The notes under the pieces were generated by a model, which saw only the letters and a list, made by a program, of their open reading frames with translations, did no database searches and was not told where the DNA came from. A stretch of 64,000 nucleotides of DNA from Phoronis australis (taxonomy: Eukaryota > Animalia > Phoronida). Made by a program: the position numbers and the translations under genes. The stretch covers positions 221,463 to 285,462 of the forward strand of contig NMRA01000043.1 in the NCBI GenBank assembly GCA_002633005.1. Reading direction: 5' to 3'. Positions 12,270-24,020 of the stretch are shown one piece after another; the stretch's first letter is position 1; every line of letters starts with the position of its first letter.

Positions 12270-14481
12270 CCGTAATCGTTCGGGTTAACGCCCTGGGCGG
12301 TTAAATTGGCGAATCCAAAAAATCGGGGGAGGGCGGTTAAACGAGCAGTGGGCGGTTAAATCGAAATCCACCTAAAGTAGGGGATGGGCGCTTTTTACAA
12401 CAGACAACCGCCCTGGGCGGTTAATCTTACCTGGCGACCTAAATCCCGACACGACAATCATACTCGGAACGCGTAGCCCTTTTCAAAGAGCTTTATCGTC
12501 ATAACAGCGGATGATCCCAACAAAGGTTCTCTTGCCCTCAGATTAGTCATTCACTATTAAATTTACAAAATTGCTGAGTAATAACCCCGTGCCGTCCTGC
12601 GGTGCGCAGACGACCAGTGACCACGCAGCCTTCACTAGAATATAACTGTTTCAAGATGTGACCCTGCTTAAGTGCGCGCGTGCAAGCTTCACGTGTTGCA
12701 GAGGTCAGACATCAAATTTATGGTTACAGTCTCCTACTATATGTAGCTGTCAAGTTCCGAGTCAGAGAGCAGTTTTAAAATTGGGTGTAATAAAAGTTTG
12801 AAAAACTTAACTCTGCTGTTTTTTTGTGTTTGGGATGTTATAGTCGACATTCCGTGACATTTTCAGCGTATGGTTCTGCGGCTAGCTGTCTTATCTCGAC
12901 AGCCCGGCATTACTCTCTTGCCGTTGCGCCAAACATGCTATGCAAAGAAGTAAGACAAGGATCGGGGGTGGTTGAGCCAGTCGTCGATCAAAAATAAAAT
13001 TTCAAGCAACTGCATAAATATGTTACAAAATGTCAGAAAACAGCAATGTTTCAATTCGGTATTCTAAACGATCACCTTACCAAACTTCATGGTGGAAAAA
13101 CATTTATTTTTCATGCAAGATGTCCAGATTATCCTATTTATATCACTTGTAATATCGCACCGCGGCACTGTTCGGTCCCGCTGTTATCGCGCAATGTCTC
13201 AGTCGGCTGACAATCGTGACTTGGAAATGCCGTCAAGTAATATAACGGCCACGTTCAACATGCATCTCGTTTTTTATGGCCAAAGATAGTGGCGGTGTTC
13301 AGCACGCACGTAGGGCCTACGTGTGAGTCACCTGTCAATCACATGTTGGTGTCAAGGTAACATGCACTCCAAAGTGTGGGAACTTGCGCACGTGCACCAC
13401 TACAAATAAGTCACACATAACGACAATCCGAAGTAACAAAAACAGGCGTGACTATGTGCTTTTAAACTGTTGTTACAAAAGACCCAGTTCTTTACGATAT
13501 TCCTCCGTTGCCAATGTTCCCCAAAACTGCCATGTCAAGTCTATTCCCATATTTACCGGCTCGATGCTCCCTAAGCCCATCCCTGTAACTAGCTACGTGA
13601 ATCTCCTACCCACTATCGTCAAGCAGTCTACGTCGTAGATATTTCAGACTCGAATGGTAAGTACTTTTGTTCAGGCTGAAAATGGCCAATGTATAAACAA
13701 AATTATTCTGGATGGCTAAAAAGGGGATGTGGAAACGATAATTCACACAGTCACGCTTACGTGGGGGCTGACGCAAGAAATAGTAAAGAACAGCCAGCGA
13801 CTTTTCTTAAATCTGCTAACCAGTTTGACTGAGATGCAATAAACGAAAAACAAAATTTGACCAGCCGTTTTTTAGTACTTCAAGATCATACACAAACATA
13901 CATTATTGCCAACGTTTGAATTCAGAAATCGACAGGCAGCAACGAAATCGGTAACCCAGTAAGGCACTTGTAGTGTCCCTTCGGTCGCCCCACATCCTCT
14001 ATAACCCGGCAGTTATATTCATCAAAATATTGAGTATTTGACATCTTTCCGTGAGTTGCGGAGGTTTAGACGCCGGCGGCGTTCTTAAACTTTGCAAACA
14101 AGGGAAGAAAATAAAGTGACAAAAAGGTTCAAGTATTATATTTTGAAGTGAGTTCATGACCCAAGACAATAACTCATTACCTGTATTGTAATTCAGATTG
14201 CTAAACCACCGTCTCGGAGTCCCGGCGTCGTTGCACTCATTGTGATCATCGATCTTTTTCTAAAAGTCGGGGAATCGTGCGTTTCCTTAGCACTAGGCGC
14301 TAAATCTTCATTCTTTAAAAGTCGTGGATGGGCGCTTAACTGAGAGGTGGGCGCTTAACTGGAAATCTTCAAAAATCGCAGGGGGGCGCTTAACCGAGCA
14401 GTGGGCAGTTAAATCGAAAATCCACTTAAAGCCGGGGATGGGCGGTTAACTGAGCATGGGCGTTATCCCGAACGATTACGG
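12270..14481. mobile_element. Non-autonomous Tc2/pogo-like element, copy 1 (2.2 kb), TA TSD
   Basis: TA|CCGTAATCGTTCGGGTTAACGCCC ... GGGCGTTATCCCGAACGATTACGG|TA, with many GGGCG(G/C)TTAA subterminal motifs; near-identical to 31935-34358. Confidence 0.93.
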
Positions 14482-15160
14482 TAGATAGTCATGTTCTTCA
14501 TTAATTACCTTTTATTAGGTAATAATTAGCAGATCGCATAAAAATATTGCTTATTTGGGACGCAAGAACATGTAAGAATTTTTTAATTAATTTTTTAACA
14601 GAACTTTCATACGCTGAAGTGTTATTTTTTCTGTTATATCATTAACCAAAGAATGTTTTTCATTTTGAAAGTCAGTTTGATCGTATTTTATCCTCTCTGT
14701 GTTTGTTTGTGTGTATAAACTTAGGATGAATTGTTTGAAATATACATTTATAAGGTGAAAACTTTTGAAGAAAAGTGATGCCTACAGAATAGTACTTACA
14801 TGGTTTGGTACTTACCTGTTAATCAGTTTAGTCTTCTTCAGAAGCCTTCTGTAGATTGTACCAATAATGATCCTGCTCTACACTTGTGGTCATTATAAGG
14901 CATTGCAGGGGTCGTATCCAAACAGACTGGAAGTAGTACATTTAACCCACACAACTCCTGCAGATTCAGCTTGCTCATTATCCAAGGATTTCCATATGTA
15001 GGTTTTACACTTGAACAGGTTTTTGGATATTCTAATCGAGTGAAAGGTCAAGATTGCTTTTAAGGTTTTACTGGGACTATCTGGTCTTGGGTTGTCAAGT
15101 ACGGTGTAATTTTCCACTTATTTAGCACAAAATAAATGAAATAATATATATTCCTGGTTC

Positions 15161-15316
15161 CATAGGCGGATCCTGGGGGGTCAAGGGGTCCGGACCGTCC
15201 TTTTTCCACTTGATTTTAGTGATATCAAATCTAGAATTATCAAATTGTTGACTTGGACCCCCTTTTTAAAAAATCCTTGATCCCACCCCGTTTTAAAAAA
15301 TCTTGATCCGCCCTTG
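15161..15316. mobile_element. Short hAT-like MITE
   Basis: Termini CATAGGCGGATCC ... GATCCGCCCTTG with an internal GGGGTCCGGACC motif; the TSD is not clean. Confidence 0.55.
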
Positions 15317-15612
15317 TGTTGCCAGGTTGTGCCAAATACTCTGAATGTACTGACTTCATAGTTGATGGGTGTGTGAAATTGACAAAGCATCAGCAACTGT
15401 CCACTTGTGAATTTACCACAAAATGTAGCCAAGGTGATCCATTAACAGTAATTAAGTTACTTCATTGGACATAAGCAGCCTGACATGGCCATGACAGCTG
15501 TAGATTAACCCATTTTGTTAACACATTTTGGCAGGACTCCAGGCTGGTTTCGAACACGCTTCACTCAAGTTTTGTGTTACGACAACCTTGACCACTGACC
15601 TATTCGGCAGCT
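15317..15612 (-). mobile_element. tRNA-derived SINE (degenerate)
   Basis: Minus strand has A-box-like TAGGTCAGTGG and B-box-like GTTCGAAAC at tRNA spacing (15612-15530). The 3' extent is uncertain. Confidence 0.45.
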
Positions 15613-16045
15613 GACATCATCTTACGTGGTACTTGAATACTTAAATGAGGATGCGCAATAATCACATGTTCAACAAACCGCATTGTACTGACATTTATAA
15701 CCCTGTGAAAAATAAGACGTACAGTTTCAATAAAAACGCCATCTTTTATTTAGTAAAATTTATCTGTCATTTTCTCTGACTTGTAAATCATTGATCTCCA
15801 GTTGAAATGTGGGTAACATGTCGTTGGGAATCTGTCACTTGGATATTATAGTCAGTGACTAATGGTAACTTACTTTAGCAGACAATATTTTCACAGTGGA
15901 AGCTTATCATGATAAGATGTGTAGTATGCTAGCCTATTTTCTTAAAACTTATTTTATAGATTCACTTTATTTCCATTTTGTTGAAATTTTCAATTAGTTT
16001 TAAGTAAAAACAATACTTTAACAAGAATGACTCGGCGTTTCTTAA

Positions 16046-17858
16046 GAGTGACTCCATATAAAAACCAACAGGTAGAGTCTATACGCAAAATCACCGATTT
16101 TTTTGAAACTTAGCACATGAGCTTAGTTTGTTGAGATGTAGAAAAACCTCACTTTTTAAGAGTTTTCATTCATTATTTTTCTTTTTATGACCTGTACCTC
16201 CATTTTGCAACAAAATTGGGCGTCGAAGTAGGCATGTTTGAATGCATTTTACTAGCATGTGTGGTAAGGTCAAAACAAATGAATAATACGAACTGAAAGC
16301 GCAGTGGCTGAATAATTTAATGGCATAACTTTCAAAATCCATTTTTAAATTTGTACGTTTTGAATTTGTGAGGTAAAAACGGCTATTTTTCAGGTTTTCA
16401 CTGAAGCCATTTTCAGCCAAATTTGGCACTCTGTAGCAGCAATAACGCACCTTTCCTGAAATTGACTTAGTAATAATTTGTTTAGTCATTTCTAACCTGT
16501 TCATAATCTAAAATGAAAAATCTTGCCTCTAATGTAGTTTTTGCGTACGAAGCATTACACGAACTGCACTTCGTCCTTTTGCATGTTCTCAGTTGCCTCT
16601 GCTGCCAATAGGGGGCTCTTGGAACATATAATTAGCTTGCGAAACACGACATAAAAACCTTGTATTTTGGAGAAAAGGCAGACAGCATTATTAATTACCA
16701 TTCTCTGAAAACGGCATTGATGATTATTGCTTATTACAAAAAATATGTAACGTAAATCAACTGGCATGAGTGGTTCTAAATGATAGATAGCGCTGTTTTT
16801 GTTTACGTATAGACTGAAGACGCATCTAGAATAAGAGCAGCAACACGAGGACCTTCCTATAATTCAAGACTTCGCGAGATATTGCCCTGCATTTTAAATG
16901 AGAACACGTGGTTTTGGATAAATTTTATAGAGAGGTTCTAGTGTTACTGAACTCACCCCTGCCTTGTTTGCTATGTGCCTTGTTCGTGCCACAGGCAAAG
17001 GAAGGCACCCAAGGTGGATATGGCCCCCTAGTGTTCAGTGCAAAAAATCCTTCAACTTGTCAATAGTCATTGTAACTTTGGGTTCATATTGTAATGCCCC
17101 TGCTGAATATTTCTGTCAGTGTGATCATCAGTGGTATAAAAAGGTACACATTCACAGTCAATAGAAAATAATTCACGAGAGACAATTTTATTAATGACTC
17201 ATTCATGACAGACATGAAGTAAACAGAAGTAACGGTCTCGACTTCATATATCACACATCTTTGACTGGTATGGTACAAAACTAGGCTAAACGTTGTGCTC
17301 ATTTACCACTTCATTCAGTAAATCTGACGATATAACAGCATCTTCATCGTCATAAACATTGCTGCAGACAACCTCGAAAAAATCCACCAATATGTGATTC
17401 ACTTAATATCACAGGTAAACACTTTACCAGTGGGTTCTCGTAATGGCACTTCCGAGGGTGGACATTTTTACCTGACTTATCTCCTTCATCGAATATGTTC
17501 GTCAGAAAGTTCTTAACCTTTGCTGAAAATCTTGTTGACCTTTTACCTTTTTTCAATGCCTAACCTATTGCTTCAACATTCGTCTCATCCAAATATTACT
17601 CTGAGGCTGCCTCAAATGACGCTCCGGTTCTTGCATCTGAAAGCATTTCTGACAACTGTCGTGCGATGTGGTCATACGTGGTTTCCCTCTGTAAATGTTC
17701 AGTGTGGTTACCCACATCCAAATGCTGACCTAGTTCTTCGTCTGTAGCAAAAAATTTCGAGTAACCTTGCTGGGTACAAGGGAACTTTGTTGAGGCTCTT
17801 CACTAGATAAAATGCCAACCTTAACTCTTGGTGTTGAAAATCCACCATGTCTAGAGAT
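16046..17858 (-). mobile_element. Sola3 DNA transposon, truncated copy
   Basis: TTAA|GAGTGACTCCATATAAAAACC terminus; colinear with 46441-48451; carries the C-terminal transposase remnant KKGKRSTRFSAKVKNFLTNIFDEGDKSGK. The second terminus was not found. Confidence 0.8.
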
Positions 17859-18736
17859 ACACATACCCTGACTCTGGATACAATTTAATCTACAAATAAC
17901 TTGAACCTATCCATGAAAACCTCGCGGTTCGCTCAAGTTTCTCTCACAGGGCGCCATTTTGAAGAAGGTACGTGAAATCACAAACAATAAGTCCAAGGAA
18001 CACAAATCTTACAAATTCACTGATATGTTCTCATGTTATTTTGCAAGTGTCACGCGCCAGGTCTCGCGCTTCACTCAGTCTCGCGCTAGCCTTTGCCTCA
18101 TGCTCACCTGACCAGTTGAACTACTTTGTGGTTATCACGCACGTGGTTTAAGTTAACAGTAACCATAATGTGGAGTTGGAATTCTTCGCCAAAGTCACCT
18201 GAATTCCTGTAGCTATGCTTCATCGAAGATATGTTTAGAAGCAGAAAGGACCACTGGAGAAAGTAAGCGCCTTTTTAGGTGACAATTTTAGATGTAGAGT
18301 GTATTTTTGACGTGGTGAAAACTTAATCAGTAAGCGTATTTCGCCTATCGCCCGTTTAAAATACACGAAACAAAATTAGTACAAAACGCGATAGAACGTA
18401 CTGCAGTGCGAATCTGAATTTCATTTGCCATAACAGCAAAGCTTGTTTTCAAACTAAACGGCCAAAAAGTGGAAGAAAATAACAGAATACACTCTGCTAA
18501 CGTATTGGGCAAATGAGTCAAACGACAAGCTTTTGCCCCACTTCTCAGGACGTCACAGTTAAGTCTCATGTAATCTTGCATTATTGTTATAAACTCGCAA
18601 AAGGACTATTGATATCGCCCTTATCTAGAACCCTCGGGCTCTGGATTATGAGATAACGACTGCCTTGTAATAATCTATATTTATTCTGTTGCTATGTAAC
18701 TGTGCTTTACCTCATTATTGGTGAAATGCTCTGTTA

Positions 18737-19060
18737 GGTCCTTTCACATTAACGTCGACGCGTCAATGTTTTATGCATTTGCGGTCAGTATGAACACTTA
18801 ACCTTTGTCCTAGATGGAAGTTAACAGCGCCAGTTAACTTTGCATCAAACAGGTGGATTTAAGAGCAGAGCGTCGACGCTGCGGTGCAGTATGAACGGTC
18901 AACTTGAAGTTATCGCCAGAGGCCACTGTTATCATCAATAATTACAGGGTAGTGCCATCACTAATAGTTGCTTAATCTTTGCTCTAATAATCACCAATCG
19001 AGTTAAAAATAAGTTTGATGTCAATTAGCACATGTAAATGTTCCCAAATTAAATGAAAAA
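18737..19060. mobile_element. Harbinger-like MITE fragment
   Basis: TTA|GGTCCTTTCACATTAACGTCGACGCG; homologous to 4688-4790 and, in reverse, to 37020-37215. Confidence 0.5.
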
Positions 19061-19211
19061 TTGTGACGAAACCACAGGCCGGGCAATCCGGATTAAAGAA
19101 AACACCTTGGTTCTGTGTTACATATATACGTTTACAGAAAAAGCAATGAAACTACTATCAACGAGATATCAAAATCTACCAGACTGACTCTGCATACAGG
19201 ATAACATTCCA

Positions 19212-19401
19212 CAGTAGCTAAAAACCCATAAACAGTAGCTAAACTAGCAGTTATAGCTAAACCCATAAACAGTAGCTAAACTAGCAGTTATAGCTAAACC
19301 TATAAACAGTAGCTAAACTAGCAGTTATAGCTAAACCTATAAACAGTAGCTAAACTAGCAGTTATAGCTAAACCCATAAACAGTAGCTAAACTAGCAGTT
19401 A
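19212..19401. repeat. 37-bp minisatellite, ~5 copies
   Basis: Unit ACAGTAGCTAAACTAGCAGTTATAGCTAAACCCATAA. Confidence 0.93.
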
Positions 19402-19477
19402 AGTCGGACTAAACAGAATAAGCAACTCACTGACCAAATTCTAGGTAACTGTATACAGTATAAGAGAAAACAAAATA

Positions 19478-20855
19478 CCGGGGTTTTCCATAGATAAGCC
19501 CACCCGATGAGTAGCCCATGTGCCTTTGTTCGAAAAATTACGCTGAATAAACGCCCATGGGTGTTGCAAACTTCTCGTGTCAAGTGTCCAGATAGTGGAA
19601 TGTGTATTCGGAAAATGTTCTCTTAAAAGCTTAATTAGCGTCAACTTTTAGCCACAAATTCAGTTTTTGGAGCATTGATCATTTGTAAAGTCGAACGAAG
19701 TGTTGCCGAATTATGTGTTTATTAACATAAAATTTTCAAAAAACACCTAAGTAAAAACTAGTCAGGAAACCTGTAAATCTACTTGTATTCAGTCCATGTC
19801 AATGTTTTCACCCAGCTCGTCCTCCGAGTGACTCATTCCATCTCCAAGTCGATAAAGAGATCCACTGACTTGCGCCCATCTCTTGGATACCCACGTTGTA
19901 CCCCATGTGTTCGCGAATCCGGGCGTTGAGGAATAAGGTAGAGAACATTTGCCCATCAGCAGCTATGCTGCAACATTCAAACGTTCTGATAAGGATGTCT
20001 TGCGGGATTTCCCGCATGGCTGAAGATACAAATTCTCATTGGATGGGCGGCGGCGATACTCTCTTGGGGTATATTCTTTCTCGCTGTTTCAAGCCAATAC
20101 TGATACTGATCTCGCAACCCCTAGCTTTGAACGGGGCGTTAACAGAAACATCAAATGGCTGAAGGAAACCGGTCATTTTGGCTGGAATTATCTTCATGCC
20201 AATATTCAATTTTTGAAACTGCCGATACAGTTTCAGCCCAGTGACTCCGGTGTGCGTTCATAAACTAAACGGATTTGTCAGTGTTGAAAAAAGAACCTCG
20301 TCTCATTACTGTCTGTATGTAGTGCATCATAAGAGACTCGTTCATGGATTCCCTACCTGGACTTCAATGTTGTTAATGGGTACACGCTTGGTCGGTAAAG
20401 CATGAAAGCAGTCAAAGACGGACTTATGGTAAGGCACATACCAAGAGAGCTGGCTCAAATTTGTTATTTTTCACAATACTCAGTATTCAAGCCGACGTTC
20501 ATAGAGTTTCTGCTAAGCGACCTTGGGTGCGATCATCTTTGCGTCAAGGAGGTCTAAAAGTGTTATGCATATTAATTTTCTTGTCCTGCTGTGCGCAGAT
20601 ATTGCAACAATTGACGTTGTTAACAGGTATCAACATATTCACAACAGTACTTTTAAGGACTACCAATCCACCCAGAAGGGCTGTTTCACTTACAAAAATA
20701 CATATCGCGCATCATGCTGGTATTTACATAGCCAAAGTTCTGACTTTCCATTTACCCGCCCCCTTTTTCCAAATAAACGCCCAGGCGTTTATTGGTGTCA
20801 CTAAAATACCTGAAAAATTTCATTTTCCAAATACACGCCCAGGGGAAAACCCCGG
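19478..20855 (-). mobile_element. pogo/Tc2-like DNA transposon, internally deleted, with DDE_1 transposase remnant
   Basis: TA|CCGGGGTTTTCC ... GGAAAACCCCGG|TA. Minus strand ~20185-20123 reads PAKMTGFLQPFDVSVNAPFKA (pogo LQPxD...N.PFK motif), followed by EIPQDILIRTFECCSI. Confidence 0.85.
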
Positions 20856-21156
20856 TAACAAAATGTCAACTTACAGAATGTGAAGCCCGTGACTGCCAAA
20901 CCTAGCATCTGTCTCATAAGACTGTCAGAAAACTAATGCAGCTGCTGTACACCACACCCATGGACAACCTCAGTACATCTCCATAACAATGGTTCAAAGA
21001 CAATAGCTCAATGAAAATACAGGGGCACACAAGACACACTGCAAGAAGAGAAGACACCTGGTGGCCACACTGCAAATTACATAAACAAAACAAACCCTGA
21101 CTAGGTGAACTAACATCCTGGCCCCAATGAAGCTACGCTCATAAAACCAATAATAA

Positions 21157-23810
21157 TCAGTCAACGCACAACATAATCAACTGTCCACAAATTGTCCATA
21201 TGTGAAACAACAGTCCGCAGTCACAATGCACTCTCAAGGAAACACAACTTGGTGATTGGTCGTCGATAGAAACGAGTTCCAGCATGAACATCAACTTGAT
21301 GAACTTGTCGGGATACACCTGCTCAACAACACCCATTGGTGATTGACATCTGTGCATGTTCGTGTCTACCATCAATACAATGTCACCAATCTTGAAGTTC
21401 CTCCTTGGGGTCGTCCATTTCTGTCGAAGCTGAAGAAGCAACAAATACTCTCTCCATCTCTTCCAGAACTGTGCGGCTAAGTATTGCGCCTGACGCCATC
21501 TACGGACACTGTAGGGGGCAGTCTTGTCAAAAACCTCAGACGGCATGGAATCACTGGGTTGCAAAAGCAACAAATGATTTGGAGACAGAGGTTCTGCTTC
21601 ACGCGAGTCCTGACTAATCGCCGTGATAGGTCTGGAGTTCAGTATGTTCTCTACCTCAGTGATGACAGTAGATAATACTTCGTCGTTAACAACTTGATCC
21701 TTCACTAATGCAGAGAAAGTCTTAACTGATTTCATGATGCGCTCCCAGATTCCACCCATGTGGCTCGCAAGAGGAGGGTTGAAATTCCATTCTATCCCAC
21801 GTTGAAGAAGCTTGTCATGAATCCTGTCAAGAGTATGGCTCACTTCCAAATGTGTTGCACGAACTGCCAAGTCTGAAAATAGCCAAATGTAGCACTTAAC
21901 ATGCTTTCTGCCCTGTTTAACAAGAATGGGACCCAAGTAATCAACCCCAATATTGGTGAACACATGATTGTCTGCTGTCATTCTGGCTGCAGGCAGATCT
22001 GCCATGATCTGTTCTCCAACTTTGCTGTTCCGCTTCCTGCAGTCCAAACACTTTACTCTAGCGCCACCATTCAAGACCCAATACTTCATACGCACACCAG
22101 TCCAAGTCACACTAGCACCCATATGGCCAACTAGTCTATGATGATGCTCAATCAACAGTCGTGTCACATTACCTTCATATGGAAGAATCAATGGATGCTT
22201 CACAGTATCAGACACGGGCACCACGCATCACATTATCGTTCAGAATAGGGATCAACTTTAACAGCTTACGTTTGACTGGTCTTCTTCAAAGTCTGAATTT
22301 CGTTCCCTAAATTGGATTCCTGCAAACACGTATGACCTCTAGCTCAGCAAACCTCATCTCCTGAACGGTCAACAACATACCCCTGGAGTTGTCTAATCGT
22401 TCGTCGAACTCGCTGCAACAAAATAGACTTGAACCTAATTAGCCAAGCTACTGCTGTCAACAAATGGTACCATGATGAAAATGAATCGAACAACTTCTTC
22501 AGGACTGATCGAGTGGTACTTTCGTGAGCAGTAGTGGTACTATGAACAACTCGTCTCACCTCTAGGTCATCCTCGAAGTCAGGTTCAGTGGTCAGTACGT
22601 CAGGAGGAGCAGGCCACACTTGAGATCCATGGTACAGAAATGCTTGCCCCTTGAGTCATCTCGTTAGCAATGAAATCTGCAGCCGTCAGACCTTGAGAAC
22701 CATCATCAGCAAGATTTACCTCTGTCGGAACATAATGCCATTGGCACGCTGAAATGGTACTTTGAGTTCTTGCTACTCTGTTGGCTACAAAAGTATGAAA
22801 CCTGAGACTCTCATTGCGAATGTACAGAATCACTGCCGTGGAATCAGTCCAAAACATCACATCTGTAATAAACAAAGTCAACTCAGCTTGAATAGAATCG
22901 CTAAACCCAACTGCCAGTACTGCTGCCGAAAGTACCAGTCGGGAAATGGTAATCGTCTTCAGGGGACTCAGTCTTGACTTTCCCATCACAAAAGCACAGG
23001 TAATTCTACTATCATAAAACAGCTCATGGGGGTAGCTCACAGCAGCATAAGCACTCAGTGAGGCATCACAAAAAGTGTGAAGTTCATACCTGATCACCTC
23101 CCCACTCATTGGTCAAAAACACCTAGGAATGGATATCTGTTGTAGTTGAGGTAGGTCGTCTAGCCACGCCCTCCATCTCGAACGGGTTTCTTCGTCCAGT
23201 TCATCAACCCAGTCAATACTTCGACTACAAATTAAAGAACCTTCGCAGTCACCAAATAAGGCACAACAAAACCTAAGGGATCGTAATGAGAACTAATCAT
23301 TGACAGGACTCCTCGTCTGGTCTCGCTCTTCACCTTAACATCAATCTGGACCTCAAATGAATCATCAATAACATTCCACTGAATACAAAATGTGCGCTGA
23401 ATAGGCAACTGATCAAATGACAAATTCTTCACTGGACTAGCACGCTCCTGCTCTGGAATGGATGCTACCACTTCTTGATCACTGCTTAACCACTTCGTTA
23501 GACGAAAGCCTCCGTGTTTCAGTAAGTTGCATAACTGGTCAACGAGTCGAATACCCTCATCAGTAGTCTCCACTGACTTCAAGCAGTCGTCCATGTAAAA
23601 GTTACTGAGAACCGTATCAACTGTGACTTGATCAAATCACTCATGATCAAGCGCAGTTCATCATAAAGCGTAGCAAGCACAGCTCGGGGAAGATTTTGCA
23701 CCAAACACGTGCACCAACATCTTATAGTCAACAGGCTGACTCTTGAAATTTCCATCTGGCCACCAGAGAAACCCTAGATAAGCTGTGTTTTCTTCTCTCA
23801 CACGGACCTG
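21157..23810 (-). pseudogene. BEL/Pao pol remnant (RT, RNase H, integrase, DUF5641), frameshifted
   Basis: Motifs include [101 protein letters not shown] and FKIGDIVL. Confidence 0.95.
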
Positions 23811-24020
23811 AGTAATTGCGTTTCCTTAGCACTGGGCGCGTAATCATCAATGTTCAATAGTCGGGAATGGGCGCTTAACCAAGAGGTGGGTGTTTAATTG
23901 GAAGTCTTCAAAAATCGCAGAGAGGTGGTTAACCGAGGAGTGGGCAGTTAAATCGAAAATCCACCAAAAGTAGGGGATGGGCGGTTAAGTGGACATGGGC
24001 ATTAACCCGAACGTTTACGG
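23811..24020. mobile_element. Isolated right end of the CCGTAATCG-TIR family
   Basis: Homologous to ~14275-14481; ends AACCCGAACGTTTACGG|TA and abuts the truncated BEL RT. Confidence 0.8.

Larger units (their letters stand above)
19062..23810 (-). mobile_element. BEL/Pao LTR retrotransposon, 5'-truncated and decayed
   Basis: Contains RT, RNase H and integrase remnants. PPT GGGGCCAGGA is followed by LTR start TGTTAG at 21115 on the minus strand. The LTR appears interrupted by the pogo element; its distal end at 19062 is tentative. Confidence 0.8.

Noticed and set aside
13089-13638. ORFs conserved between 13089-13638 and 32808-33360
   Set aside because: Conservation simply reflects two recent copies of the same non-autonomous element; no domain is recognisable.
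14811-15117. Possible host exon on the minus strand (GTAAGT donor; similar case at 24850-25235)
   Set aside because: No open frame reaches the donor and no recognisable protein similarity is seen.
15530-15612. tRNA gene
   Set aside because: A/B boxes are present but there is no convincing cloverleaf; treated as a SINE head.
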